Part shown: positions 45,190 through 59,499 of the stretch, piece by piece
Position numbering within the stretch: the first letter of the stretch is position 1
Layout of the letters: every line of letters begins with the position of its first letter
Assembly: GCA_977020255.1 (NCBI GenBank)
Contig: CDROCS010003087.1
Location: 124,001 to 188,000, forward strand
Direction of reading: 5' to 3'
DNA: 64,000 nt
DNA from: Obrimoposthia wandeli
Lineage: Eukaryota
The notes under the pieces: model-generated
What the model was told of the DNA's origin: nothing
What the model saw: the letters and a program-made list of their open reading frames with translations, nothing else
Databases searched by the model: none
Program-made: the position numbers and the translations under genes

Positions 45190-45890
45190 TCTCAACTTAT
45201 ATTCACGATTACAATATATGAACTATATATTCACAACTTTATTTTCATGATTACAATACGATAAACTTTATATTCACGACTTTATTTGCACAACTGTATA
45301 TTCACGATGACAATACGATAAACTTTATATTCACGACTTTATTTTCACACTTTATATTCACGATTACAATACGATAAAATTTATATTCACAACTTTATTT
45401 TCACGATTACAATACGATAAACTTTATATTCACGACTTTATTTTCACAATTGTATATTCACGATGACAATACGATAAACTTTATATTCACGACTTTATTT
45501 TCACACTGTATATTCACGATGACAATACGATGAACTTTATATTCACAGCTTTATTTTACGATTACAATATATTCACGACTCTATTTTTACGATTACAATA
45601 TATGATAAACTTTATATTCACAACTTTATTTTCACAACTGTATATTCACAATGACAATACGATGAACTTTATATTCACAACTTTATTTTATGATTACAAT
45701 ATATTCACGACTTTATTTTTACGATTACAATATATGATAAACTTTATATTCACAACTTTATTTTTACAACTGTATATTCACGATGACAATACGATTAACT
45801 TTATATTCACAACTTTATTTTCACAACTGTATATTCACGATGACAATACGAGGACAATACGAGGACAATACGATGACAATACGATAATAT
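45190..45890. repeat. Complex tandem array (TTATATTCAC(G/A)A-based subunits)
   Basis: Many copies of ACAATACGATAAACTTTATATTCAC and variants. Confidence 0.9.
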
Positions 45891-46749
45891 TACTATTTCG
45901 ATAACTTTCTATTTTTACCAAGTTCCAATTGTTGCTGTTCCGGTGCAATCCGATCCTAGATATTTTCGCCGCGATCTGATCTACGTGTTCTACGATTGAG
46001 ATCTGTATCTTCTTGTCAAATTCGAGTCCGCCGCACTGAGTTCGGGTCTCAATTAAAAATAATCAATTAAATATCACTTAGGTTAAGTGTTTCTTACCCG
46101 TAGGTGGATTGATGCCGGCTGGTCGGTTTCGCAGAAGACAGCACTTATTTCTGTCTCTGATTTGTGCCGGCTGGCTTGGCTCCCAGCGAGAGCAACTTTT
46201 CCTAAAATCTCCAATTCGAGCTAACTTACTTTTCTCTAATGGATCCATCAACTATTCCTCTCTGCTTTCCCTGGATTGTTTCTGAGATAATGGAGGCAGC
46301 TGGATTTTCTCAGACGGTAAGTGATTCTGAAATTGAGTGTTTATCAATTATTCCTCTTAATTTCAGGCTTACCTCAGGCTGGTGCTTCTCCCACGCGTCG
46401 AATTTGGCAATGCGAACTGTTTAGCCTCGATTTCTTAATTATAGTTTTCCCGTCGTATCTTAGTTTGTTTTCTTTGGGCTTCTCGTTCTTCTTTTTATAA
46501 TTGATTTTTAATTTCTTGGCTTTTTCGTAAGTTTATATTTTTTAGGCTTTTTTACTTAATTTTCTCCACAGCGCAACGCACACGACCTCTTCAAGGTCCT
46601 AAACAATTTTGATTTTATTATTTTTAATTAATTTTTTACTTTAAATATTCTTAATCTTGTCTAAATTTTATTTAATTTTTAATTTAAAGTTTACTTTTTC
46701 GATAAATAGTTAATTTTTATTTTATAAATTCCCAATCTCAACAAAATGA

Positions 46750-47729
46750 GCCATATATTCTTGAACTAATATCTTACGATAAAATAACTTAACAGTTTTT
46801 ATTATCCCAGCGTCCATCGGTTGTAAATATGCTGTAGTATTTATGGCAGCATGATAATTTCGAATTTTTAGTATGATTGTGTTGTTATATACGGAGGAGC
46901 ATTGTCAACTAAACGGATAAATTTTCTTTTATAAATGGATAATTCGTCGGTCAAATGTGATAAAAACTTGTCATTCATCACTGATGTCATTCATGCTTTG
47001 CTATTAGAATAATAATAAGCAAACTTATTAACATGAAATTTTTTAAAACATCTTGGTTTTTTGAGTGCCAATAATAAAGGGTTTGATTTTAATCGTTCCA
47101 CTTGTGTTTACACATATAGCTACAGTTATTGTTTTTTTATAAATTTTGATACCCTTTTTGTTTTTATCAGATATGGGATACGACCGGAATGCTTGATAGA
47201 ATAAACCCGATTGTGGTGTTTCCAACAAGCTGTCTATCAAATCACTAGTATATTATTCTTTGGAAAAAGATTTAGCCCTTTCAACGATAATTTCGTGATT
47301 TATAAAGCCATTGTTAGCATTCATTAATCCAATCCAACATGGGAGAGCAACTTCCAAACTTTCAAATTTCGGATTACCTACTCTTATAATCGTTTTTCTT
47401 TCGTAATTCAGCCATTTTTCAGAATTCTTTTTTAAGTTTTTCAATTTGAGTTTACATATTTCTGACTTGAAGTTCACTTCTGTTTTTTGGGTCATTATCT
47501 TTACTGGTTCTAAAATTAATGATTAAATTTATAATACAAAATTCAAAAATATTTATTAAATTTATAATCCGAAATTTTTATTTTTAGAAGGAAAATAAAT
47601 CAATTTTTTCTTTCGGATTACGGATTACTAGGTTTGGATTAATAAAACTGATTTGCATTGATTCTTAACAAATTATTTACTATTGTTTTTTTTCGGATTA
47701 TCGGGAATCAGATTATTGAAGGTTGACTG
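46750..47729 (-). mobile_element. pogo/Tigger transposon remnant
   Basis: CENP-B-like IIVERAKSF, CVNTSGTIKIKPFIIG, LQPMDAGII; end TA|CAGTCAACC at 47729. Confidence 0.82.
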
Positions 47730-48249
47730 TATACCAAACAATGAAACAAGAATAGCATAATAGTTCTGCTTTTTATGTAGAGAACTTGGATAATTTATGA
47801 GGTCAAAAATGAATCTATAAGAAAGTAACCATAAAATATATTTAGTTTTTTTATAATATACGATTTGAGTATTCCTCCAATAAATATTAACTATTGTCTA
47901 AATCACGACAATAATAATAAACTAAAAATAATACAAATTATCTGAGTCATATGAAACCAAATTATTATTCTTAAAACCCCGTCGATATCATTTTTAAATC
48001 AATTCAAATTTATCGATCTATGTAATTACTCACCTCCTACAATTCAAATTTATTTTCGTAATTATTTACCGATTACTTTGGAATCTACTGCTAATTAAAA
48101 TGTAGAGAACAAAACAATTTTTTATATATTAAAAATATATCAATTATAATTGCCAATAATAGCAGAATAAATCGATGAAACGATATACATATAAATCACA
48201 GAGAATGTACACGGTGCATGCTTCTTCAGAAACTCAAGATTCTTCCGGA

Positions 48250-48313
48250 TCAACTGGCAAAATCCATGGTCTCCCGGATGGAATCTCCGCGTCCTCGAGA
48301 TAAATTGATTTTC
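48250..48313 (-). other. Possible host exon
   Basis: GC-rich island after a TGCACAG acceptor; phase compatible with exon 56286..56482. Confidence 0.3.
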
Positions 48314-48899
48314 CTGTGCAATAATGTATAGGATTTAGAGCAATTTCTTTAATATACATCTAGCTATTTTTAGATTAAAAATATAACACAATCTAAGTAC
48401 ATTCTTGACACATATATTTCACATATAATTAGATATAATCCTAGGTACAGGTTTGGTCCAATGCTACTTAATCCTGATTAAGAAAATATAATTTCAACAA
48501 AAAGAGATACTGATTGGTATAAAAATAAACGGGTGCATCGTTGTAGAATTGAAAACGTATCCATGTTTGTTTCACAAAATTATACAAAGTCGTCAATGGT
48601 AAATCATTTTCTTTTAAGCCAGTGGTCTGAGACTCAAATCACACAAGAGTTGGGTCCATCATCTGACAGTAGACGGCGAGCCAGATTTTCGTTTTGGATT
48701 ATGATAACCTTGATTTAATTATTTTAACTATAGAAAGTTTTAAACAGCTCTTCGACTTAACCAGCTGGTGATGAAATTGTAATTGTGATGAAATATTTCT
48801 CTATTTTCACGCTCAGCTTCTTCAATCAGTGCTACGAATTCACGATGATTTTGTGCTCATCTATAGATAAAGTTTAATGTTTTAAATACTGTGTTTTCT

Positions 48900-49782
48900 A
48901 CAATAGCCTCTATGGGTTGTAATTTACCTTCAGACTCATTGTTTTTAAATTTTTTATTTAAAAATAAGTTTTTTCATTCATTGTTGAAGTTGTCAAAACT
49001 TGTATCGATAAAAAGTGGTTAGCTTTTCTGATCTACTTTTCGGATATTTTCGGGGAAATTAATTACCTAAGTTTAACATAGAAGCTTTTAAAACAAGTTG
49101 GCTTTAGGGCAAAATTAAATTACACGGGATAATTTTGAAATGTTTCGGCTCTATATGAGTTCATGTTTTTGAATAACCATACAGATTTCAATTAAATTAA
49201 GTCAATCGCATCTACTCATGTTTGAAATTTAGGAAATAATTTTTCTGGAAGATTTTAAAAAAACAGAAAAAAATTAGGTTGAGATTGTAACCTTTTTTCT
49301 TTTAATATTATCGATTCGTATAACACCTTCAAAGAAAAGAAAAAACTAATTGAATTAGCATCAGATAAATGTTGCATGCTAATTTTAAAACCAAAACCAT
49401 AGAAACGGTTTGGCTTTCAGTAAAAACAGAATATCTTGATTTGTCAAAAAAAGCTATGTGTTTGCTATCATTTGCTTCTAGTATTTACGCGAAATTGCTT
49501 TTACCAATCAGAAGGCAATGAAAACAAATCGTCGTTCAAGGCTTGAAGAGGAGCCAGATTTACGACTCGCATTATCCAATATTTTTCCTGATATTGATGC
49601 CATTATACCAACCATTCAGACCAAAATTTCAAACTGACTTAATAAAAAATCATAATAATAAATCATAATGCTTTCTAAGTTTAAAAAAGTAATATATTTG
49701 TTTTTAAATAGCACATGTAGGGGTCGCGAGTGGTTCAAATTCCAATAAAGGGGTCGACTGTTAAAAAGATTGCACATACCTG
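48900..49782 (+). mobile_element. hAT (Buster-like) transposon 3' remnant
   Basis: FWLSVKTEY..LSKKAM..KTNRRSRL..DLRLALSNI dimerization-domain pattern; end ..CATACCTG followed by CTATAGAC. Confidence 0.78.
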
Positions 49783-50045
49783 CTATAGACGACTGATAAA
49801 AAAAACGTATAAATAAAACCGTATATGAGGTTTAAAAGACCCCAAATCGCTTAAGGCTTATTCTAAATTTGACATTCCCGTTTATCTCTTTAAATATGAG
49901 TTTTGATTACCTTAAGATACGAGAAAAAAACGTGTACTTTTTGGTTAGCAATCTTTTTCTTTGTTTTTAAATATTAAATCAGGGTGTTAAACCTTCGGTT
50001 CTCCTCATTTCGACATACTGTATTGTTGAGTATGAGCAGTTATTA

Positions 50046-50530
50046 TTAAATAATCCAAAACGGTCGGGAATGAAACTCACTCGGGATCTCGGGATCCACA
50101 GTTGGGACATTGTCACTGTTGGCGATATTTCTGACTACCAAAACAGATTTTTCGGGTTCACCGGCTAACCTTGGCTGTTGTTTGTAATTGATTACGTCAT
50201 TGGTTCGAGGTCCCGTGTCACTATTGGTCCTCTGTTCCATCGACCTTGAGCCTGCATCTCCATTGGTTCTCTGATCCATTGACCTTGGTCTTGAATTATC
50301 ATTGGTTATCTGCTCCGTTAACCTTGACCCAGCCAAATTGCCAGCAGTGGTGCTTGGGTCCCCCCTAAGACCACTGTGATTAGTCCCCACTCCGGCACTG
50401 CTAACACGGTCTCCGGCTATCACAGATGCCCGTGTGTGCGGTCTATCAGTGTGCACTATCTTAGTTGATGCCGCTCTTTGGGCCGAGGAGGGTCGCTGTG
50501 TCTGGGGGCATTAGGAGTCCATCATTACGT
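50046..50530 (-). mobile_element. GC-rich island, possible LINE ORF1 fragment
   Basis: Low-complexity Ser/Arg/Thr ORF ending EPEKSVLVVRNI; sharp GC contrast with the flanks. Confidence 0.3.
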
Positions 50531-51226
50531 TACTTGTAAAAGTCAACGTCAGCGATTTTTAACCACTATCGATCATTTTCTAAACTTCGAATAGCTTGAT
50601 TAACTTATTTTTATAAAATATTAATGTAGGAATGCAATTATATTAACCCATTACTTCTGGGTTTTATTTTTTTCTAAAATTCTTCATTTTTTATTTATAA
50701 TAGCTATTCGTAGATACCCTTAAAAAATATATGTCAATCAATCTATATGTACAATATCGAGTATAAAACTAATAACACGATACAAAAAAGGAAAATAAAA
50801 ATAAATATTTAATGCTACTAAAATCGGATATAAATTTGATAATAGAACTAGTTGTAAAAAAGACGATATTTCAAAATTAATTGAACGCTAATTGATTTAA
50901 ATTAAATATATAATTTTACATAGGTTATCGCACTAGTTTCGTCAACAAAATTTACCTTTATAAATTTTGCGGATACTTTATCTTGTAAAATTTCCTTGAA
51001 TAATTATATAGTAGCCATTAAGAAATAATGGGTTAATTATAACATAACTTAAATAACACTTGAAATAACAAAAATTGCGTACACAGTCAATTATAAAATG
51101 TAGGCACATGTCTACATTTTCCCTAGACGCTCTACAGTCATTCTTTTCAGCATACAAGTGTGTATGTATAACAATGCATAAAACAGCATGAAAAATATTA
51201 CCTAACAACATAGATTTTCAAAGTTA

Positions 51227-52700
51227 TGTAATATACAAATCAGAAGCCGAAATATCATCCCGAAATAATTTGTTTAAAAATTCCTATGTAAATGATTAAA
51301 TCTGACTGTTTGCAGAATCTGACTGTTTTGAATTATTTCTACGAATGAAAACATTGTTGGCGACCACACCAAAATAAATGTATTAACAAGAATTCAATCA
51401 AGGAAGAATATTCTCGAATCTATGCCAAAAGAGACCAGAATGATGTCGTATTACAACATAAGAAGATATGATGGAACAAGTTCAGATGGAGGTGAGAATG
51501 GTTAAAATATATAGGAGAGTGAGTCGACACAAATTATATTAATATCGGAGATGCGTTTGATAAAGCTGCGTTATTATGCAAGGAAATCCATCAAGCGATA
51601 AATTCAGCAAATTAAGCCAAAAATTGTTTGAAAAAAAATCTTCAAAAAGAAATCCATTGTTGATAAAGTATGATAAAGTATGCAAACTCGCAAATGTGAA
51701 GCGAATGTTTTTCAGTATTCATCATTAGAGTTAGAAAACTCGTCGATGCCATGATGGAAAATAATGTTAGCAAAGATGAGCTGACTGATGCTTTTATTAA
51801 AGACAGAAGCAAAAAAAAAGAATATTATTTTTATTAAAACCAGATGTTTAAAGAAGAAGTAGAGGCATTGGGAAAGGTATATATCAAAATTGAGAAAAAG
51901 TAAACCGAGATCGCGCAAGTCCAGAATACATACGCTTAAATCAAGAACAGATCATAAAGCATTAGTGTTTTTAGGAACGACGAAAAAACCAATCAGTCCT
52001 AAATTTCAAACATGGCTGGCAAATTTATCAGAATTTAATTTTAAGTTAGAACATCTTAAATGTATTGACCATGGTAATGCTGATGGCATGTCAAGATTGA
52101 ATGAAACAGTATGTGCTCAGTGTGAAACTTAACATACAGATGCACAAGAGAAGAGATCTAAAATATGACATATTCACTCACTAAATGAAGACAACTTCAT
52201 AAATAAGATAAACAAAATACAACAAATTATTTACGTATAATAAATGAAAGTATTTCTTTAACTAGAAAGTAAGGGTTTATCAGAATGCAGAAAAAGTTCG
52301 ATAAAAGAAAAACTTAAACTAATCAACAAATCGAAGCTGAAAGATTAGAGAAGTTAGAAAGAAGAGGGTAAAGGATATTTGAAATTAATGAAAAGGTGCT
52401 TGTTAAAAAAGATCCAATTAAAAGATGCAAAAATAGTGACCAGTATGAAGGCCCACATAGAAAAATATGTATTTTGTTCACGACGGGTATTAATTCAATT
52501 TCCAAGAGGAATCCTCCCCATAAGAATCGAATGGCTGAAGAAGTGCAAGTTTGAAAAGTGAAGAGGCGAGTTTTGTAACATACAAATCAGAAACCGGAAA
52601 TATCATACCGATATAATCTGTTTAAAAAGTCCTATATAAATGAATAAATCTTCTGTTTGTAGAAACTGGCTCATGTAAATTATGTCTACAAAGTAAAATA
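51227..52700 (+). mobile_element. Heavily deleted Ty3/Gypsy element with short (about 125 nt) LTRs
   Basis: LTRs 51227..51353 and about 52574..52700; PBS-like TGGCGACC; purine tract before the 3' LTR; RTDHKAL..NADGMSRL RNase H tail. Confidence 0.78.
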
Positions 52701-53969
52701 TAATTTTCATAATTACTTATTTTTGTTCATATTCAAAAATATGAGTGCAGATCAACCTGAAAATATCGAGCTAGGTTGAAAGGGAACGACTGTACAGGTG
52801 TCAATTTCATATATATAATCATACATAACATTTGCATTTTTCATTGGTGACTTCATTTTTAGAAAGAGGGAGATTTTGCAACACGCCCACAGTCAATTGT
52901 GTAAACCAGAGTTTCCCAAAGAGAATTCCGCAAAACGAGAATTGGTGTTCCACAAAATAAATTCTAGTTTTAGTAAAAGTTCATAAGTTTTTGTAAAACC
53001 TTTGTTCATTTAATAATAAATTGTTGAAATTTAGTTTAATATTTTCACAGAGACGACTTTTGGAAATTAATTTACTGTTATATTGAATGTACGCTGATTT
53101 AACACTTAGTTTATTTTAATTAATTTAAAAATTGGTGGCTTCTACGCTGTATACTATTTTATAACATCACCATGAATTTGTGGCTTAAAAATGGAATTTT
53201 GAAAAAGAAACCAACAACTTTTACCACTTCATCTGTGACCAAAACAATCGAGGAAATTATTGATAAAATTCAAAAATAGGAAGAACACTTAACGCCTTTT
53301 GTTGAAATATCTGTTAGCATTAATGGACAATCTATGGAAAGACAAAGTAGATCAAAATTGGCAAGTATGTATGATGAAAGTTATACGTCTTACAGTTTCA
53401 CATGCACTGGAAATAAAGAATGTTCTGGTGCACGATGCGTGATAGTATATAGTAGAGTATTTACATATTATAAATATTTATATTGTACTAATGTACAGGT
53501 GCACAAAATTGTGGATTGCAACTCAAATGAGGTGCGAAAATTTCGGAAGTCGCAAATAATTTTAAGTACATTTTATAGGAACTGTATGGCAGTTTTAAAG
53601 TATGTTCAGAATTTAATAATAATTATAAATATCATGTAAAAATATGTTTTATTGTTTTCAGAAAGTAAATATATTTACATAAAACTCTGTTATAATACAC
53701 AGGGAAGCCTTAGTAGCAAAATAATTATATAAAGTATAAAATTTTGTAGCGAGCGGTTTCGATTTTATAAAAGGTAAAGCTTAAATTATAGTTTTAAATG
53801 TCAACAACAAAATCCGGTTTATCATAGTAAATGTTAGGCTAAATCTCAAAAGAAGAATGTATTAATTATAACGCAACTTCTAGCTTGATATGTTCTATCG
53901 GAAGATCTGCTGTGATTACGCAAACCTGAGGACTCAAACATGTCGGTATTTGTGCAACATACCAAAACA

Positions 53970-54383
53970 TTCTAATTCAAACAAACTAGCATACTGGTGA
54001 AACATTGAACACAAAACAGACATGAATCACACAACAGGTTCTAATTCAAACAAACTAGCATACTGGTGAAACATCGAACACAAAACAGACATGAATCACA
54101 CAACAGGTTCTAATTCAAACAAACTAGCATACTGGTGAAACATCGAACACAAAACAGACATGAATCACACAACAGGTTCTAATTCAAACAAACTAGCATA
54201 CTGGTGAAACATCGAACACAAAACAGACATGAATCACACAACAGGTTCTAATTCAAACAAACTAGCATACTGGTGAAACATCGAACACAAAACAGACATG
54301 AATCACACAACAGGTTCTAATTCAAACAAACTAGCATACTGGTGAAACATCGAACACAAAACAGACATGAATCACACAACAGG
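53970..54383. repeat. Minisatellite, 6 x 69 nt
   Basis: Six head-to-tail copies, only one substitution seen (in the first copy). Confidence 0.95.
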
Positions 54384-55051
54384 TTATTTTACCATTACGA
54401 TAAATAATGAGTATACCCACCCTTTGAGTTTTTATCTTCCTATCGTAGCTGGACAAGCGTCTGATAGATCCATTTCTTGAATCTGGACGACTAAATAAAC
54501 CAACAGAAATAAATGACTAAAACAACATATTACTTTGATCCTACTATAATTTACCAAATATCTGTATGTCGATCCGAGCTCAATTTTTCGTAAAGAAAAG
54601 ATGAGAATATTTTGATGAAACTTATTGGAGTTCTCGGAAGGATTCCGGGGTGGTTATAAAATAATAATGTTGCAAAAAAATTAATGAAAAAATGTTGAAA
54701 AACGACAGTTCAATTATCTAAACAATTAATCTGTACAATTTCTTAAAATACTTTTGCGATTTTAAAAGATTAATATTTTTGCAATGAAAAATAAGCAAAA
54801 GTTCAATCTGGGACATGTCTCAGAAAAACAAGCCAAGAAAAAATGAAAAGAGAATAACGTGAATACGCCAGGCGCACTGAAACTCAAGCAAAAGTCAGAA
54901 TTTGGTCCGTAGCGTGGGATTTTCCTAGCTTTAATGAACTATTTTTTTAAGTCTATATATTTTTGTCCAGACCTCATTTTATCTGATTATTATTTATTTT
55001 CATCGATGTTCAGAAAATCAGAAAGTACATGTGAAGAATAATTTGGTGTGC

Positions 55052-55941
55052 GGAAGTTTCAGACTTTAAACATTTTTTTTATTTTAAGATTTATAAGATA
55101 TTTTGTGTAAATTTACTTTAGTTGAGATGGTGTTCATTCTAACAGGTTTTTTGGGTCAATTTGTAAGATTTTAATTTTATATAATTTAGTTTGGTTAAAG
55201 ATGGTGTTAGTTATTTTTGGGAACAATTATGAAAAATTTAGAATTGAGCAAATTTATAGGTATTTTTGGTCAATTAATGAGTTTTTTGGGTCAATATTAT
55301 GTTTTTTTAAAAATAAATTTATAAGAAATAGTTAGTTTTTTCTATGTCAGAGCCAAGCAATCCTAATTATGAAAAGAGTCCAACAGAAATGGGACATTCC
55401 ACAGATTCCTGTCCACATAGATAATATCTTATTAATTTATAGACCAAAAACACACTTGTTGGATCAGATCATATTTCGCAACATGGAATCTACAGATCAA
55501 CCATGAGCAGTCAAAGTCAGTCCCTGTGTATAGAATTACATACTGCGGTATGTTCATCGACCTAGTTACGCAATAAACGGGCCTTTCGGAGGAAAAATGG
55601 CGCAAATGCGATGACATAACCCAACAAGATTTTTCAAAAGAGGCCATAGGATTTGTTAAAAAATAAAATTAATCTTCCTTTTTTCTCTAAATTGACTCAA
55701 CTTTATTTTTTTTAAAAAACTAACTATTTCGTATAAATTTATAAAAATTTGATTTTTTAATAATAATATTAACCCAAAAAAACTCATAAATTGACCAATA
55801 ACACTTATAAATTGGTTTAAATCTAAATTTTGCATACAAATTCTCAAAATAACGAAAACCATCTTCAACTAAACTAAATTGACATAAAATATCTTAAATC
55901 TTAAAAATAAAATAAAAATATCTTAAAAGTCTAAAACTTTC
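55052..55941. mobile_element. Long AT-rich inverted repeats (about 55052..55341 and 55714..55941) around a GC-richer decayed coding core
   Basis: The arms are reverse-complement homologs with indels; the core translates with three stops. Confidence 0.55.
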
Positions 55942-56285
55942 TAGATTAGAATAATTTGCATCCAAGAATAAGAAATGGCATAAAGGAATAAAATTACTAT
56001 TTAAACATTCATTAGAAACTACATAAAGGTTAAATTTTCATCAATAAATTTGAGTTTTTGTGCCTTAAATGAATATTTTTAATTGTTATTGGAAGGGTTT
56101 GACACTTTTGAAAACCCTTTAAAGGCGTTCAGTAAAGTTAAAATTAATAATCATATCCTATGTAAACTACAGGAAAATAAATAATCTGAACTAAATATTT
56201 TGTCATTTCTGTACTTTATTGTTTTACTTTGTATTCCACTGAGTAAACATTATGTGTATTTGTGTAATTTAGCAAGGTTACTCAC

Positions 56286-56482
56286 GCCAGCTTGACCTTG
56301 GCACCGTTGTTGACGTCGTTGTCGATGTAGTTGTTCCTGACGATATCGATTGGCCGGGGATCAGGACCCTTCCAGGGACGAGTGCCCATCTGCTGAGCGC
56401 GCTTCTGCTTCTCCCGCAGTCTGTGGATCCTTCGTTCTGACTCCTCGTGCTCTATGCGTTCCAGTTCCAGTGCAGTCAACTC
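56286..56482 (-). CDS. Probable host exon (coiled-coil protein, unidentified)
   Basis: CTCCAG acceptor, GTGAGT donor, GC-rich, open frame ELTALELERIEHEESERRIHRLREKQKRAQQMGTRPWKG. Confidence 0.55.
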
Positions 56483-57539
56483 CTGGAGAAGAAAATCATG
56501 AAGTAAATCTCGAAACATTCAGAAAATCTCCAGTTTTAACTTTTGTTTATATCAAAATATATTTCGATTATTATTATTAATTCCGAATTATTAGAAACCA
56601 GGAAAATACTGCAAAACCTGTTTATCTATTCAGCTTTTCGTTTCATTTCCTTGTTTTAACATATTTTCGAAGTGTTACGTTTTAAGAGATAACTTTAATT
56701 GTATCAAATATCGACATTTAAAAGATCCTGGAAAGTTAAATTTAAAATGAAGAAAGAATCAATATGAACCGATCAACCTGCATTACGATTGATTCTAGTT
56801 TTTAAAAGTGATTAATCGTGTCGAACAAGAAGATAGTTGGCTGAGTAAATGAATTATTATCACAGAACTGACAGATCCACTTCAAAAAATGGGAAGAGTT
56901 CAAAAATTGGGAGCAGAACAAAAATCAGATGGAAAGTTCTCGATCATCAGCTTTATTCACTGGTCCTCGTTTGATTTCACAAGTCAATCATTTCTCTAGT
57001 GATTGAAAAATTAGAAATTAATAATTGGCCAGTTAAGTGGTAACTGCAAAAGTTATCAAACTTTTTCAACAAGACATTGAAAAACTGCCGAAAGATAGAC
57101 AGCTGATTATGATTCATTATGGTTAAAGTGAGTTTCAAATAATTTTAAAATTTAAGCTTATAAGACAGCGTTAATAAGTTAAAATGTTTGATGCTACTGT
57201 CTGAAAGATCAGATATTAACTTTGTTTTACTGTATCACATATCAATTTTTAATAGAGTATATTTACTTTTAAAACTAATAAATATGGTACTTTTTAATGT
57301 ATGTAATTTTTATTAATTTTGATTTAAGTAGTGTTTAGCAGGGATTTTCCATTTTAGAAAAAGAGAATGCATTAATATTTCTGCTATATATGTGGTAATT
57401 ACTCTTTTCCTGATGATAGAAAAAGTACTGATACTTGTGCATTCAATAAATAATGAGACAAGGATTATTATAAAACAGAGAATATATATAAATAAAGATA
57501 CATAAGATATTATAGGTAGTCTCTTGATACTGCTAAAAC

Positions 57540-58155
57540 ACCATTCAAATCATCCAATAATTTATCATATTTATGAATAAAATCATTTTTGGTATTCCTT
57601 TAAAAGCCTGAAAAAGGAAAATTTTCAATTCCTCTGAATCATCAAAATTTATATGATTTCTTTTGGAATCTAATAAGCTAAAGATCCACCTATCCAATAA
57701 ATACAACATTATCTAAATTTTCAATTTATTCAGCCATTCTGTAGCACATTCTATTCTTTGTTCCTTTTGTTTTTCAGTTAAAGTATGAGGAATCCATTTC
57801 GAGCATAAACATTTCAAGCTTAACTCCTTGTGCAGGATGGAATAAATTATGCCAGTACTAAGATCTGTTTCAAAGATCAATTCACGAATTGATATACGAC
57901 TATTTTTCACAATTAATTCATTAACTTAGGCCACGTTACCTGGGATATTCGAAATTGGAGGTCTTCCTGATTGATGAGCATCATCAAAAGATTTCCGCTT
58001 GCCTTGTTCTAAAACCTTAAAGATACAAAAAACAGTAGCACGTGAGGTTCTTTTTCTTTCCACGACTCTATTAGCATATCATAAATTTCAGTTTTCCTTC
58101 TTCCTATTCTTCGCATGGTTTCAATAAAAAATCTATAATTTTCTTTCCCCATTTC
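57540..58155 (-). mobile_element. mariner transposase remnant
   Basis: SIRELIFETDLSTGIIYSILHKEL..KWIPHTLTEKQKEQRI. Confidence 0.85.
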
Positions 58156-59499
58156 ATTTCTTTTTTAAATATTATCTATAGTTATAAAAATGAACTTACC
58201 GGTTCAACGAAACTATTAATAATAATAATATTATATATTTAAATAGTTCGATATATATTTAATTTTATATCACCTTTAAAAAACAAATTCAAGGTTGTGA
58301 AAAATAAGTTATATCGATTGTATCAATATTTATTAAACACACTAAGTACAACAAAGAGTATTTTGGAAAATTATTTTGGCCTTCAACAAGGAGATCCAGA
58401 TAAGAATTTGGCATGTCCAGAGTGCTTTACACGTTTAAAATAAATTTCCATTCAACTGTTTGCACATAATATGAATTAATGTCGTACAACTGTTTAGTTG
58501 TTTTGTTTTAAACATAATTCAGTGTAATCTATGAATCTGAACACATTTTAAATCATTTTTTCAAGTATGAAACTATTCAAAAACTGAAACATTTATTATT
58601 ATGTAGAAATTAAAAAATAAAAAAAGTTAATAAAGATTTTTCATTTTCATTTAAAATGGCAAGTGTCTTCAATATCACCAAAGAAAAATTACAAGATATT
58701 TTGAATTAAGATAATACGATATTTTGATGGGCCTTGTTAAAGGACCATGACATGCCATCACAAATTACAAAAACTAAAATCGGAGATAAAAATGAACTGT
58801 TAAAAGTAACTCAATTTTTTAATATAAATATGAACATTTTTAAATGTACTTTCATTGCTCAAATCCTTAGAAACGGTAACGATTTCGTTACAAAATCAAA
58901 TTATCGGTATCTACGAGTAATATGCAGGATCACTTAAAATGCCTTTCAATTTTCCTGAAACTAAACAAACTTCCACAAAACCTGCATTGAATTAATTCAA
59001 GCATAAAGATAAAAACCGCAAGCATGAAGCCAAACAATTTTTCGGTATCAGACATATTTTTTGTGTGGTTAACGAGATATGCTTTAAATTGAGACAAAAA
59101 GCATTGAATTAATCGATTTTCTAAAAATTTACTACGTAATTGATTTTCTTAGCATAATTTGTAGCTTAATTTTATAGTACAATTTAAATTTTAAAATAAC
59201 TTTGAATTCTATCATATGAAAAAACATCCAGGTGGTAAATAATTAGTCACCGTGAACTCTATCATATCCTACAGTGGTTTAAAAATTTATGATAATTTAC
59301 TCAACATGAAACAACGCGTAGTAGCTAATATTAATAACATCGATTTAAAAATCTTTTGACAAAATAAATAAAGTTTATATTTTAATTTAAACAATCGAAA
59401 TAAGTAATGCTATGCTTTCGCAAAAGTTAAAAATATCTGACATAACCTCAACGTCATATCTAAATCTTCTAACAACCCTGTTTCTTTCCAAGTGTCATC

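Larger units (their letters stand above)
39890..46743 (-). mobile_element. Degenerate Ty3/Gypsy element: 5' LTR, PBS, repeat-rich leader, gag and a long non-pol extension; no RT/RNaseH/IN and no 3' LTR seen
   Basis: LTR TGTTGAG...CTCAACA; PBS; gag ORFs (ITKFKGNEESICDFL, ESVNEYAYVL, zinc-knuckle GHYLRVC). Confidence 0.82.
44347..46743 (-). repeat. 5' LTR (about 2.4 kb including the MITE and tandem arrays)
   Basis: Perfect 7-bp terminal inverted repeat TGTTGAG/CTCAACA; homology with the solo LTR 11364..13014 at both ends. Confidence 0.78.

Noticed and set aside
43679-45904. ORFs 43679..44344, 44019..44231 and 45530..45904 as proteins
   Set aside because: They are translations of tandem arrays in the LTR and leader.
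53970-54383. CRISPR array or coding repeat
   Set aside because: There are no unique spacers and no cas genes, the context is eukaryotic, and all frames contain stops.
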